Source: Prochlorococcus marinus str. NATL2A
Lineage (GTDB): Bacteria > Cyanobacteriota > Cyanobacteriia > PCC-6307 > Cyanobiaceae
Assembly (NCBI RefSeq): GCF_000012465.1
Contig: NC_007335.2
Location: 1,500,001 to 1,532,000 of the forward strand
DNA: 32,000 nucleotides
Direction of reading: 5' to 3'
Shown: one piece after another, positions 17,990 to 27,147 of the stretch
Layout: the number at the start of each line of letters is the position of its first letter
Position numbering within the stretch: position 1 is the stretch's first letter
Notes under the pieces: generated by a model
What the model saw: only the letters and a program-made list of their open reading frames with translations
Databases searched by the model: none
Told to the model about the DNA's origin: nothing
Made by a program: the position numbers and the translations under genes

Positions 17990-18460
17990 TTGTCTAATCA
18001 AACCGTTTCAGAATTGAAGGTTCTTACAGCAAAGTCAGCTACTAATTATGGCTTTGATGTAACTGATTTTAAGATGTTTACTCATCTAAACCCCTTATCA
18101 ATTCAGGTAAATATCCGACACAAAAATCCTGACAAGAAAGTCACTATTGATGACTGTTCTATCCTTAGTCAATATATTGATGAAGCTATCCAAGGTTCTT
18201 CAATACTTGATCAACCTTTCAATCTTGAAATCAGCAGCGAGGGAATTGGTGATTTTTTAACAGAGGAAAAAGATTTTCAAACTTTCAAAGGTTTTCCTGT
18301 TGAAGTTAGTTATCAGGATTTAAAAAAAATTGAACAACAAATTAATGGTTTGCTTCTAAAAAGGACAGATAATGAACTCCATATAAATCAAAAGGGGAAA
18401 ACCCAACGGATACCGGTCGAAGACGTTATTCAAGTCCGACTAGCAACACCCTCTGGTTAA
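17990..18460 (+). CDS. rimP: Ribosome maturation factor RimP
   Basis: Resembles RimP as I remember it (...FDVTDFKMFTH..LSIQVNIRH...VTIDDCSILSQYIDEAI....FNLEISSEGI...), and lies directly upstream of nusA. The track ORF starts at 17909. I place the start at the in-frame TTG at 17990, giving MSNQTVSELKVL..., because homologues start only a few residues before this block. Confidence 0.85.
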   Translation: MSNQTVSELKVLTAKSATNYGFDVTDFKMFTHLNPLSIQVNIRHKNPDKKVTIDDCSILSQYIDEAIQGSSILDQPFNLEISSEGIGDFLTEEKDFQTFKGFPVEVSYQDLKKIEQQINGLLLKRTDNELHINQKGKTQRIPVEDVIQVRLATPSG

Positions 18461-18515
18461 AATCTAGATAGTAATTATCTAACCCAATCATTTTCATCCC
18501 TATATCCCATCATCG

Positions 18516-20009
18516 ATGGCTCTTGTTCTACTCCCAGGCTTAAATAACTTAATTGAAGACATTAGTGAGGAAAAAAAGCTTCCATCACAAGTCGTCGAAG
18601 CTGCTTTGAGAGAAGCACTTCTAAAAGGTTATGAACGATATCGAAGAACTCTTTATTTAGGTATCAGCGAAGATCCTTTTGAAGAAGATTATTTCAGTAA
18701 CTTTGATGTTGGTTTAGATCTAGAAGAGGAGGGGTATAGAGTTTTAGCCAGTAAAATAATAGTTGAGGATGTAGAGAGTGATGATCATCAAATAGCAATA
18801 GCAGAGGTTATGCAAGTTGCTGATGATGCTCAAGTTGGCGATACCGTTGTACTAGATGTGACTCCAGAGAAAGAAGATTTTGGAAGAATGGCTGCGGCTA
18901 CAACCAAGCAGGTTTTAGCCCAAAAATTGAGAGATCAGCAAAGAAGAATGATTCAAGAGGAATTTGCTGACCTAGAAGATCCAGTGCTAACTGCCAGGGT
19001 CATTAGATTTGAAAGGCAATCAGTAATCATGGCAGTAAGCTCTGGTTTAGGTAGACCAGAAGTAGAAGCAGAGCTTCCAAGACGAGATCAATTGCCAAAT
19101 GATAATTACCGAGCAAACGCAACATTTAAAGTATTTCTTAAAGAAGTTAGTGAAACACCTAGGAGAGGGCCTCAACTTTTTGTTAGCAGGTCAAATGCTG
19201 GATTGGTTGTATATCTGTTTGAGAATGAAGTTCCTGAAATTCAAGAAGGTTCAGTACGTATAGTTGCTGTTGCTCGTGAAGCAAATCCCCCTTCAAGAGC
19301 AGTAGGTCCCAGAACAAAAGTAGCTGTTGACAGTATTGAAAGAGAGGTTGACCCCGTTGGAGCATGTATTGGTGCAAGAGGTGCTCGAATTCAACAAGTT
19401 GTAAATGAACTTCGTGGAGAAAAAATAGATGTAATTCGTTGGTCTTCAGACCCTGTTCAATACATCTGTAATTCATTAAGTCCTGCAAGAGTTGAAGTAG
19501 TTAGACTTGTGGATCCAGAAGGTCAGCATGCTCATGTCTTAGTTCCTCCAGATCAACTTAGCCTCGCAATTGGTAGAGAAGGGCAAAATGTAAGACTTGC
19601 TGCAAGGCTTACAGGATGGAAAATAGATATCAAAAATTCACAAGAATATGATCAAGCCACTGAAGACTCGGAGGTTGCGGAATTAATTTCTCAAAGAGAA
19701 GAAGAAGAATCTTTACAGAGAGAAGCTGAGAAGAGATTAGAGGCAGAACAGACAGCTAGAGCTGAGGAAGATGCACGCCTAAGAGAGCTATACCCCCTCC
19801 CAGAGGATGAAGAAGACTTTCAAAATGAGGAATTGTCAAACATCGATAGCAATGAAACAGAATCTGAATCTGATTTTGAATCTTCTGAAATTGATTCAAA
19901 TATCGATACTGATGACGCTGAAACCGAAGAAAGTGATATTGATGAAACAATCGAAGACACAGTTACTGCTAAAGATAAAATAATTACAGAAGAGGAAGGA
20001 ACCCGGTGA
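18516..20009 (+). CDS. nusA: Transcription termination/antitermination factor NusA, with an acidic low-complexity C-terminal tail
   Basis: 497-aa ORF with an N-terminal NusA domain plus S1 and KH domains (...GACIGARGARIQ...LAIGREGQNVRLAARLTGWKIDI). The C-terminal ~120 aa are Glu/Asp/Ser-rich. Confidence 0.95.
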   Translation: MALVLLPGLNNLIEDISEEKKLPSQVVEAALREALLKGYERYRRTLYLGISEDPFEEDYFSNFDVGLDLEEEGYRVLASKIIVEDVESDDHQIAIAEVMQVADDAQVGDTVVLDVTPEKEDFGRMAAATTKQVLAQKLRDQQRRMIQEEFADLEDPVLTARVIRFERQSVIMAVSSGLGRPEVEAELPRRDQLPNDNYRANATFKVFLKEVSETPRRGPQLFVSRSNAGLVVYLFENEVPEIQEGSVRIVAVAREANPPSRAVGPRTKVAVDSIEREVDPVGACIGARGARIQQVVNELRGEKIDVIRWSSDPVQYICNSLSPARVEVVRLVDPEGQHAHVLVPPDQLSLAIGREGQNVRLAARLTGWKIDIKNSQEYDQATEDSEVAELISQREEEESLQREAEKRLEAEQTARAEEDARLRELYPLPEDEEDFQNEELSNIDSNETESESDFESSEIDSNIDTDDAETEESDIDETIEDTVTAKDKIITEEEGTR

Positions 20010-20281
20010 GTCAAAACCCCATTCTGCGTAGGTGTATAGCTTGCAAAAAAGTTCTTGATCGCAAGTATTTTTTGAAAGTTACTAGAGATTTTCAGAATGG
20101 AGTAGTTTTCTCAGGTGGGATGGGAAGATCAGCCTATCTCTGTCCAACTGAGTCATGTTTTGAAGAAGCTTTGAAGCGTAAAAGATTACAAAAGTCTTTG
20201 AGATGTGATATTCACTCAAGCGTTTTCAATATGCTCCAAAAACAACTTAATACCTGCATTGATTCAGATACTGAGGCATGA
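20006..20281 (+). CDS. ylxR: YlxR/RnpM-family (DUF448) RNA-binding protein
   Basis: 91-aa ORF beginning ...RRCIACKKV..., in the conserved position between nusA and infB. Its GTG start overlaps the nusA stop (GTGA). Confidence 0.85.
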   Translation: MSQNPILRRCIACKKVLDRKYFLKVTRDFQNGVVFSGGMGRSAYLCPTESCFEEALKRKRLQKSLRCDIHSSVFNMLQKQLNTCIDSDTEA

Positions 20282-20341
20282 TGTTCATTAAGAGAACTCA
20301 GTAAACTCAAAAACCAAATCTAAAGTTCAAGCACAACATTA

Positions 20342-23300
20342 ATGACCAGCAGCGGTAAAATCAGAATTTATGAATTGTCCAAGGATTTAAGCCTTGACAA
20401 TAAAGATGTGCTAGACGCAGCCAGAAAACTTGCAATAGCAGCAAAGAGCCATAGCAGCTCGATAAGCAGTCTTGAGGCAAATCAAATCAAAGATTTTCTA
20501 AAGAAAAGCAATACTATTAATACGACCATTAAATCCAGCAAGAACTTAGACAAGCAAATTCTCTCCGTTAAAAAAAATCCTGTCAAAACTCAAAAAGATC
20601 AAAAGACCGAACCTAAGAAAAAAAACCACGATCAGACAGAGCTTTCACAAGCAAAGTTAAATACCCTGTTAAAACCAAGTCAAACTTTAATTAAAAGCCA
20701 AGGATCTTCTCAAGCCAATAACCAAAAAGCTTTAAAAAATAAATTCCCTGCTAAACAGCAAATAACTTCGCCCTCTAAACCAAACAAACCTTTACCTCCA
20801 AACCCAAGAGTAGAAGTAAAACCCATTATCTCTAAGCCCTTAACTCAAGCCGAGCGTGCGATTCCACAATCCGAACAAAAAAAAGATGGCCAATTCATTA
20901 ACCAACCAAAAAGATCTGAATTAGCTAAAAAATCAATTGGTCAACCAAAGCAAATTAATCCTCAGGAACCAAAGAGACCATTAGCACCACCAAGCAGACC
21001 AAAAATAGATATCCAAGATAAAAAACCCTTACAACCTAATAACCAAAAGGCAAAAACAAGAATTAATCAAGGTGAAATTTCTCCTCAGAAAGTTGGCCAA
21101 GGTAATATCCAAAAAATTAAAAGTCAAAATAAACAGAATGCGCCATCGAGGACCCCTCAGCCTCCAACCAAAGGAAATACTCTTGAACTAGTAGGTGCCC
21201 CAATACGAAAAGAAAAACCTGTAAATAAACCTCATACGAACGAAGTAAGAAATAAGCCCGTAATGCCATCAAGGCCAGGCGCACCAAAACCCCCAACCGC
21301 AGCAAATCGTCAAGGATTATCAAATCGACCTGGTTCTAATAACAGAATTGGTGGGACAGGTCGACCTGGTTCGCCAAATCGACAAGGTCCTAATCGAGGT
21401 GGAGTAGCTAATCGAACTACTCAAGGTCAAAACCGTCCAGGGGCTAATAATCGAGCAGGAGCGCCAGTTCGTAGTGGATCTCCAAATCGAGGGGGGATGC
21501 AAAATAGACCTGGAGTGCCTACCAGGTCCTTGGGTGGCCCAAACCGTTCCAACAATCGACCAGGGGTTCCGTCTGGCATGAGAAAACCAGTTGCACCTAG
21601 TGAATTGATGCAACTGCAAAAACCACAAGCCAGACCAAATGCTCCACAAAGAAAAACTGATTCCCCAACTAGCCTTAGACCTAAAAGAGAAAACTCAACT
21701 GGAGCAAGGCCACCAGTAAATAGGCCAACTCCAGCAGCTCCCAAGAAGCCAGCTCATAGGCCTGGTGGTACTGCTGCTGCCCCAAGAAGAACAGGAAGAC
21801 CTGATTGGGATGACAGTGCAAAGCTTGATGCTTTAAGAAATAAATCCCCCCAAAAGCAGCGTCAAAAGGTCCACATCATTGGAGAAAATGATGATGCACT
21901 AACTGCAGAAAGAGGTGGATTCGCAGGGGAACAACAAGCAGTTGTTCTCTCAGCAAGCTTGGCACGACCATCGAAGCCGAAAGTTGGAAAGAGAAACAAT
22001 GGGAAACCTTTAACTGCTCTAAAAAAACGTAAAAAAGAAACAACTCGTCAAAGGCAACGAAGACGTGCAATGGAATTAAGAGCCTCTAGAGAAGCAAAAC
22101 TTGTAAGACCGGAAATGATTGTTGTTCCAGAAGACAATCTCACAGTTCAAGAGCTTGCTGACATGTTGAGTGTTGAGAGTTCCGAAATCATTAAATCATT
22201 ATTTTTCAAAGGAATTACTGCAACTGTTACTCAATCACTAGATCTAGCGACAATTGAGACAGTTGCTGAGGAATTCGGCGTACCTGTTCTTCAAGATGAT
22301 GTTGAAGAAGCGGCAAAGAAGACAGTTGAAATGATTGAGGAGGGAGATTTAAAATACTTAATAAGAAGACCTCCCGTTGTGACGGTGATGGGGCACGTTG
22401 ATCATGGAAAAACATCTTTACTAGATGCTATTAGAAAAGCAAGGGTTGCAGCAGGGGAAGCTGGGGGCATTACTCAACACATTGGTGCTTATCAAATTGA
22501 GACTGAACACGATGGATCAACTAAGAAACTAACTTTCCTTGATACCCCTGGACATGAAGCTTTTACAGCAATGAGAGCTAGAGGCACTAGGGTCACAGAT
22601 GTAGCAATTTTAGTTGTAGCTGCTGATGATGGCGTTAGGCCTCAAACCCTCGAAGCTATTAGCCATGCAAGAGCAGCAAAAGTACCCATTGTCGTAGCAA
22701 TCAACAAAATTGATAAAGAAGGATCTTCTCCCGACCGCGTAAAACAAGAGTTATCTGAGCAGGATTTATTGTCAGAAGAATGGGGAGGAGACGTGGTAAT
22801 GGTTCCCGTTAGTGCCATTAAAGGCGAAAACATCGATAAACTTTTAGAGATGGTTTTACTCGTAACTGAGGTAGAGGATTTACAAGCAAACCCAGACAGA
22901 TTGGCTAAAGGTACAGTGATTGAAGCCCACTTAGACAAAGCGAAAGGGCCTGTTGCAACATTACTAGTTCAAAATGGCACCCTTAAATCAGGAGATGTAG
23001 TCGCAGCTGGTCCTGTGCTTGGGAAAGTAAGAGCGATGGTAGATGAAAATGGATCTAGGATTAAAGAAGCAGGTCCATCTTGTCCAGTTGAAGCTCTTGG
23101 ATTCAGTGAAGTACCAACAGCTGGAGATGAGTTCGAAGTTTACCCAGATGAAAAGGCCGCAAGAGCAGTTGTGGGAGAACGAGCCACAGACGCTAGAGCC
23201 GCAAGACTTGCTCAGCAAATGGCTTCTAGACGAGTTTCTCTTTCCTCGATGTCTGGGCAAGCAAGTGAGGGTGAACTTAAAGAATTAAATATCATCCTCA

Positions 23301-23893
23301 AAGCTGACGTTCAAGGAAGTTTAGAAGCAATACTTGGCTCTCTAGAACAACTTCCTAAAGACGAGGTCCAAGTAAGAGTATTACTATCAGCTCCAGGTGA
23401 AATCACTGAAACTGATATTGACTTAGCAGCGGCCTCTGGTGCAGTCATAGTTGGATTCAACACTTCAATGGCATCGGGCGCTAAGCGCGCAGCTGATGCT
23501 AATGGTGTTGACGTAAGAGAGTACGAAGTTATTTATAAACTTTTAGAAGATATCCAATTAGCAATGGAGGGCCTTCTAGAACCAGAAATGATAGAAGAAG
23601 CTCTTGGTGTTGCCGAGGTTCGAGCAATCTTTTCAATTGGCAAAAGTGCCGTTGCTGGTTGTTATGTAACCAATGGAAAAATACAACGGAATTGTAGGGC
23701 CAGAGTTAAACGAGGAAAGCAAATCGTTTTTGAAGGCGATCTAGATTCACTAAAAAGGAACAAAGATGACGTCAAAGATGTATCAACAGGCTTCGAATGC
23801 GGAATAGGCTGTGATCGCTTCGCAAACTGGGAAGAAGGAGATCAAATTGAAGCCTTCAAGCTTGTTACTCAAAGAAGAAAATTAAATAATTAG
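20342..23893 (+). CDS. infB: Translation initiation factor IF-2, with a long low-complexity N-terminal region
   Basis: 1183-aa ORF. The C-terminal ~590 aa carry the GTPase motifs ([17 protein letters not shown]). The N-terminal ~560 aa are Pro/Asn/Arg/Gly/Lys/Gln-rich. Confidence 0.97.
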   Translation: MTSSGKIRIYELSKDLSLDNKDVLDAARKLAIAAKSHSSSISSLEANQIKDFLKKSNTINTTIKSSKNLDKQILSVKKNPVKTQKDQKTEPKKKNHDQTELSQAKLNTLLKPSQTLIKSQGSSQANNQKALKNKFPAKQQITSPSKPNKPLPPNPRVEVKPIISKPLTQAERAIPQSEQKKDGQFINQPKRSELAKKSIGQPKQINPQEPKRPLAPPSRPKIDIQDKKPLQPNNQKAKTRINQGEISPQKVGQGNIQKIKSQNKQNAPSRTPQPPTKGNTLELVGAPIRKEKPVNKPHTNEVRNKPVMPSRPGAPKPPTAANRQGLSNRPGSNNRIGGTGRPGSPNRQGPNRGGVANRTTQGQNRPGANNRAGAPVRSGSPNRGGMQNRPGVPTRSLGGPNRSNNRPGVPSGMRKPVAPSELMQLQKPQARPNAPQRKTDSPTSLRPKRENSTGARPPVNRPTPAAPKKPAHRPGGTAAAPRRTGRPDWDDSAKLDALRNKSPQKQRQKVHIIGENDDALTAERGGFAGEQQAVVLSASLARPSKPKVGKRNNGKPLTALKKRKKETTRQRQRRRAMELRASREAKLVRPEMIVVPEDNLTVQELADMLSVESSEIIKSLFFKGITATVTQSLDLATIETVAEEFGVPVLQDDVEEAAKKTVEMIEEGDLKYLIRRPPVVTVMGHVDHGKTSLLDAIRKARVAAGEAGGITQHIGAYQIETEHDGSTKKLTFLDTPGHEAFTAMRARGTRVTDVAILVVAADDGVRPQTLEAISHARAAKVPIVVAINKIDKEGSSPDRVKQELSEQDLLSEEWGGDVVMVPVSAIKGENIDKLLEMVLLVTEVEDLQANPDRLAKGTVIEAHLDKAKGPVATLLVQNGTLKSGDVVAAGPVLGKVRAMVDENGSRIKEAGPSCPVEALGFSEVPTAGDEFEVYPDEKAARAVVGERATDARAARLAQQMASRRVSLSSMSGQASEGELKELNIILKADVQGSLEAILGSLEQLPKDEVQVRVLLSAPGEITETDIDLAAASGAVIVGFNTSMASGAKRAADANGVDVREYEVIYKLLEDIQLAMEGLLEPEMIEEALGVAEVRAIFSIGKSAVAGCYVTNGKIQRNCRARVKRGKQIVFEGDLDSLKRNKDDVKDVSTGFECGIGCDRFANWEEGDQIEAFKLVTQRRKLNN

Positions 23894-23949
23894 CTTCGCT
23901 TATTTGTTAGACCCTAAACCTGACTAGATAACTAATAAAAGCTAGACCA

Positions 23950-24216
23950 CTAATTTGATTCCTCTTTACTCCTATCTTTAAACAACAAAAACCCCAGAAT
24001 TACTAATGCTGATGTTTGGATTGCAAGATCGTTAATAGAGACAGTGTCTCCGGCAATAATATTGGTAACCATGATAAATAAGCCAAGTGCCGCTGACCCA
24101 AATAGAGCTATCCAAACAGCTCTTCTCAAGCCCCGATAAGGATTTTTAGTCTCCTTCAACAGTCGAGCTCTTAAATTAGGATCCAGATTGGAATCAGGCT
24201 TATTAGAATTACTCAA
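23950..24216 (-). CDS. Small conserved two-helix membrane protein (DUF3493-like, from memory)
   Basis: The track ORF (23950..24312) extends through the tRNA gene, so its first 32 codons cannot be real. The first plausible start clear of the tRNA is TTG at 24216, giving (M)SNSNKPDSNLDPNLRARLLKETKNPYRGLRRAVWIALFGSAALGLFIM...LVILGFLLF.... The xLRA..K.P.RGLR motif followed by two membrane helices resembles the cyanobacterial/plastid DUF3493 pattern. Confidence 0.6.
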   Translation of the reverse strand: MSNSNKPDSNLDPNLRARLLKETKNPYRGLRRAVWIALFGSAALGLFIMVTNIIAGDTVSINDLAIQTSALVILGFLLFKDRSKEESN

Positions 24217-24249
24217 AAATAAAATTAAAGATGATAAATTTATTCTAGT

Positions 24250-24321
24250 GCCGGTGTAGCTCAGGGGTAGAGCAACTGATTCGTAACCAGTAGGTCGGTG
24301 GTTCAATTCCACTCATCGGCA
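24250..24321 (+). tRNA. tRNA-Thr (anticodon CGU)
   Basis: Hand-folded cloverleaf. Acceptor stem GCCGGTG/CATCGGC (one G-U pair). D arm GCTC-AGGGGTA-GAGC. Anticodon arm ACTGA-TTCGTAA-CCAGT (U33, anticodon CGT, A37, and an A-C mismatch at positions 31-39). Variable loop AGGTC. T arm GGTGG-TTCAATT-CCACT. Discriminator A. CCA is not encoded. Confidence 0.92.
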
Positions 24322-24579
24322 TAAAGTTTTTAAATAACTTTGCAAAAATTTTCCTGATAGAAGGTGATCTAAATTAAGAACGCAAATATATATATATACC
24401 CTTAGGGCGACTTTGATAACTGCTGAAATGGCTAAACCTTTCCCTTATAAAGCAACTGTTACTAATGATTCTCAGAAAAGCTCCTAGGAATTCTGTTCAT
24501 AACGAAAGTGATCTTAATATGTTAGGGTCTTAGCGCTCTAAATGTATGTCATCGGTTTTTACCCTTACAAACAAAGGTT

Positions 24580-25326
24580 ATGACTTCTACTGCTCCCAAT
24601 GAGAATATTAAGGATAATTTAAAAGATCAAATTTCTTGCAAATTAGTCTCAGAAATAATTCGCGAACGTATACAAGCAAAAGGAGCTAGATTCCATGCAA
24701 ATGATAATATTTCTGATTTCATTCAGCCAGGAGAACTAGAAACTCTAGAAAGAGAAGTTGCCACCAGAGTTAGAGATTTGCTGAAAACTTTATTGATTGA
24801 TGTTGATAATGACCACAACACTCAAGAAACTGCAGAACGCGTTTCTAGAATGTATCTAAATGAAGTATTTAAAGGCAGATATCACCCTCAACCTAAAGTT
24901 ACTAATTTTCCTAACGATAGGAATTTAGATGAGATCTATACACTTGGACCAATAACTGTTCGTTCTGCATGTTCTCATCACTTTGTTCCAATTCTTGGAG
25001 ACTGCTGGATAGGAATAAAACCTGGAGAAAAAGTTATTGGGATATCTAAATTTGCAAGAGTAGCTGATTGGGTCTTTTCTAGGCCACATATTCAAGAAGA
25101 AGCTGTCATGATTCTTGCTGATGAAATAGAGCGATTATGCGAACCCAAAGGTCTAGCGATACTTGTTAAAGCTCAACATTATTGTATGAAATGGCGCGGA
25201 GTCAAAGAGCCTGAAACCAGCATGATCAACTCAATCGTTAGGGGTGATTTTCGCCATGATGCAAGCTTGAAGCAGGAGTTCTTCGAACTTGTTAAGCAAC
25301 AATCCAATTTCGGTAAAAATTATTAG
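24580..25326 (+). CDS. folE: GTP cyclohydrolase I (FolE type)
   Basis: 248-aa ORF with FolE-type blocks (...ETAERVSRMY..., CSHHFVPI compare CEHHxxP, QHYCMKWRGV compare QHxCMxxRGV). Confidence 0.9.
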   Translation: MTSTAPNENIKDNLKDQISCKLVSEIIRERIQAKGARFHANDNISDFIQPGELETLEREVATRVRDLLKTLLIDVDNDHNTQETAERVSRMYLNEVFKGRYHPQPKVTNFPNDRNLDEIYTLGPITVRSACSHHFVPILGDCWIGIKPGEKVIGISKFARVADWVFSRPHIQEEAVMILADEIERLCEPKGLAILVKAQHYCMKWRGVKEPETSMINSIVRGDFRHDASLKQEFFELVKQQSNFGKNY

Positions 25327-25389
25327 AAAGTTTTAAAAAACTATCAACTGACATAGAAGAAAACCCTCAATACTCACGAGGCTTTAGAT

Positions 25390-26619
25390 CTAGAAGTTAA
25401 AAGTGGTTTTCACCAAAGCCCCATTTACTTCCTCTTTACCATCTTTCTCGATAACAAAGATCGCTGGGGTGACTGTGAGACTATCGCTAACTTTAAAATC
25501 GTAAAAAGCTTCCCAAGCTAAAGGATCGTCATAACCACTGTCATTTCTATGAGTTTCTGCTGTTCCAATACCAAAACCAAACTTATTGCCTTCAATCAAG
25601 GCGTTATTCCATAAAAATCCAATAGACCATGTCTTTCCATCTTCAACTTTATTCATAGAAGTATCAGGACTATCATCGTTTTCAGGATTCTTCCATCCTA
25701 TTCCTCCACTCAAGCTGTAGTCGTCTCCAAATTGATAGCTACCACTGACCCCGAAAGAGGAGTAGTCGTTAATATCAGGAGAATTGTCAGTTCTCCCGTT
25801 GTCAGACTGTGTGAATGCAGCTGCAAGAGTATATCTCTCATCAACCCATGCCAACTGAGTAGTGATGTGGTCTTTACCTTCATCAGCTAAAAAGCCAATC
25901 GAAGAGTTTGACGCGTCTTCTGAAACGAAAAGTGCAGAGGCAACTAATTTTTCATAGGACCAAGTAATTCCAGCGCCCGCACCCATCTTCTTGGAATAAG
26001 TATCATTCGCACCTGCCTGATTCAAGACAAACAAAACTCCATCACTTGGGTAAGCACTAGGCCAAACTCCAAGCAAATCATCTTGGCGGAGCTTGGGACC
26101 AAAAGTTACTTGAATATCATCTCCAACAGGGAACTGATAATAAGCCTTATGAAGTTCCAACGAATCACTACTACTGAAAGCAGTATCTAATCTTGCCTCA
26201 CCCATCATTCCAAAGGGTTCCATCATGCCAAAATTGCCAATGCGAACAGCAGTTTTAAGCATGTCTTGACCTGTGAAACTGGTCATAAACATTAACTTTG
26301 TATCGTAATGAAAAACTGTTCCATCCTTTTCGTCAGAAGGAGACATTCCGCCCATTCCACCCATTCCACCCATTCCAGAATCGCTCACGCCATCTACTCC
26401 ACCCAAAACAAAAGTCGTTTTACCCATAAACATAGTTGAGGGGTATGAATCTCCCATATTCATATGACTACCATGGTGATCATGATGACCTTGGTGCTTT
26501 TCACCTCCTGCTTGAACAGCAATTGGAGTTATGAAGCCTAAGACAGCAGGGATTGAGATTAATTGAGCAAAGAGTCTCATAGACCTTATAAGACTAGTAA
26601 AACTAGTAAAGCTATTCAT
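25390..26619 (-). CDS. Putative outer-membrane beta-barrel porin with a His/Met-rich mature N-terminus
   Basis: 409-aa ORF. The signal peptide MRLFAQLISIPAVLGFITPIAVQA|GG suggests the real start may be the second Met at 26580. Much of the sequence is Gly/Asp/Ser/aromatic-rich with alternating hydrophobic residues, and it ends with the OMP-type terminal Phe (...VKTTFNF). No SLH domain is evident. Residues 41-92 read KHQGHHDHHGSHMNMG...GMGGMGGMGGM. Confidence 0.6.
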   Translation of the reverse strand: MNSFTSFTSLIRSMRLFAQLISIPAVLGFITPIAVQAGGEKHQGHHDHHGSHMNMGDSYPSTMFMGKTTFVLGGVDGVSDSGMGGMGGMGGMSPSDEKDGTVFHYDTKLMFMTSFTGQDMLKTAVRIGNFGMMEPFGMMGEARLDTAFSSSDSLELHKAYYQFPVGDDIQVTFGPKLRQDDLLGVWPSAYPSDGVLFVLNQAGANDTYSKKMGAGAGITWSYEKLVASALFVSEDASNSSIGFLADEGKDHITTQLAWVDERYTLAAAFTQSDNGRTDNSPDINDYSSFGVSGSYQFGDDYSLSGGIGWKNPENDDSPDTSMNKVEDGKTWSIGFLWNNALIEGNKFGFGIGTAETHRNDSGYDDPLAWEAFYDFKVSDSLTVTPAIFVIEKDGKEEVNGALVKTTFNF

Positions 26620-26874
26620 GTCTCGTGAAACTAGCTTCTCAGGCTTGTTAAAGGTATAGAATGTGTGCTTTTTGATACAAAGAATCGTATTTTTAGTCTT
26701 TGCCAGGAAGAAACTTAGAACTAATTTCCATCAAAATCTAGTCTCAAAAAGAAGAGATAAAGAATAGTTGGATTGTTTAATTACTTATCTGTTCTAGATT
26801 GTCTGAAAGATTCAATGACAAAGCTCTAGGCTTAATTAGTCTAAAGACTAGGTTTACTAGCCAAAAATAGATAA

Positions 26875-27132
26875 ATGAACAAATTCAAGCCTATTCTCTC
26901 TACAATTATTCTTTCTATATCATTTTCACTAATAGGATGTTCAGATAATTCTCAAACAAAAGGTACTCCCTCTCTTTTTGAGACAAAAATAGAAGCCGAA
27001 AAAGCAGCCAAGGAGTTCAATTGCACTGGAGCTCATAAAATGGGTGACAAATGGATGCCTTGCAAAAGTCATTCTGCTCATGAGGATAAAGAACATAACA
27101 AGTCCAACAATGAACATCACCATCATCACTAG
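26875..27132 (+). CDS. Small lipoprotein with a CxGxHKMGxxWMPCxxH module (DUF3721-like, from memory) and a C-terminal HHHHH tail
   Basis: 85-aa ORF. The signal peptide ends in the lipobox SLIG|C (Cys22). The mature part contains LFETKIEAEKAAKEFNCTGAHKMGDKWMPCKSH followed by SAHEDKEHNKSNNEHHHHH*. The module recurs in the next gene. Confidence 0.75.
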   Translation: MNKFKPILSTIILSISFSLIGCSDNSQTKGTPSLFETKIEAEKAAKEFNCTGAHKMGDKWMPCKSHSAHEDKEHNKSNNEHHHHH

Positions 27133-27147
27133 ATTTTCGAACAATAA

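Noticed and set aside
19183-20014. Minus-strand ORFs 19183..19488, 19756..19950 and 19820..20014, opposite nusA.
   Set aside because: They are antisense to nusA. The last two simply mirror the GA-rich acidic-tail codons, giving Ser/Leu/Ile-rich phantom proteins.
21117-23288. ORFs 21117..21323, 21320..21649, 21427..21744, 21876..22070, 22227..22415, 22642..22938 and 22988..23260 (minus strand), and 23043..23288 (plus strand, off-frame), all within infB.
   Set aside because: They are antisense to, or out of frame with, a confidently identified IF-2 gene. The longest ones coincide with the low-complexity, GC-richer repeat region, where stop codons are depleted in all frames.
24217-24312. The N-terminal 32 codons of track ORF 23950..24312 (MELNHRPTGYESVALPLSYTGTRINLSSLILF).
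   Set aside because: This part is the reverse complement of the tRNA-Thr gene (24250-24321) plus its flank, so a protein reading through it is not credible. The CDS is shortened to start at TTG 24216.
24386-24486. An (AT)6.5 microsatellite (24386-24398) and a 19-codon ORF MAKPFPYKATVTNDSQKSS (24427-24486) in the gap between the tRNA and folE.
   Set aside because: The dinucleotide run is short and unremarkable in AT-rich intergenic DNA. The mini-ORF has no hydrophobic or otherwise recognisable character and no supporting context.
25327-25389. A possible bidirectional terminator between the convergent folE and porin genes (CCTC-aatactcac-GAGG).
   Set aside because: The stem is only 4 bp with no adjacent U-tract, which is too weak to call.
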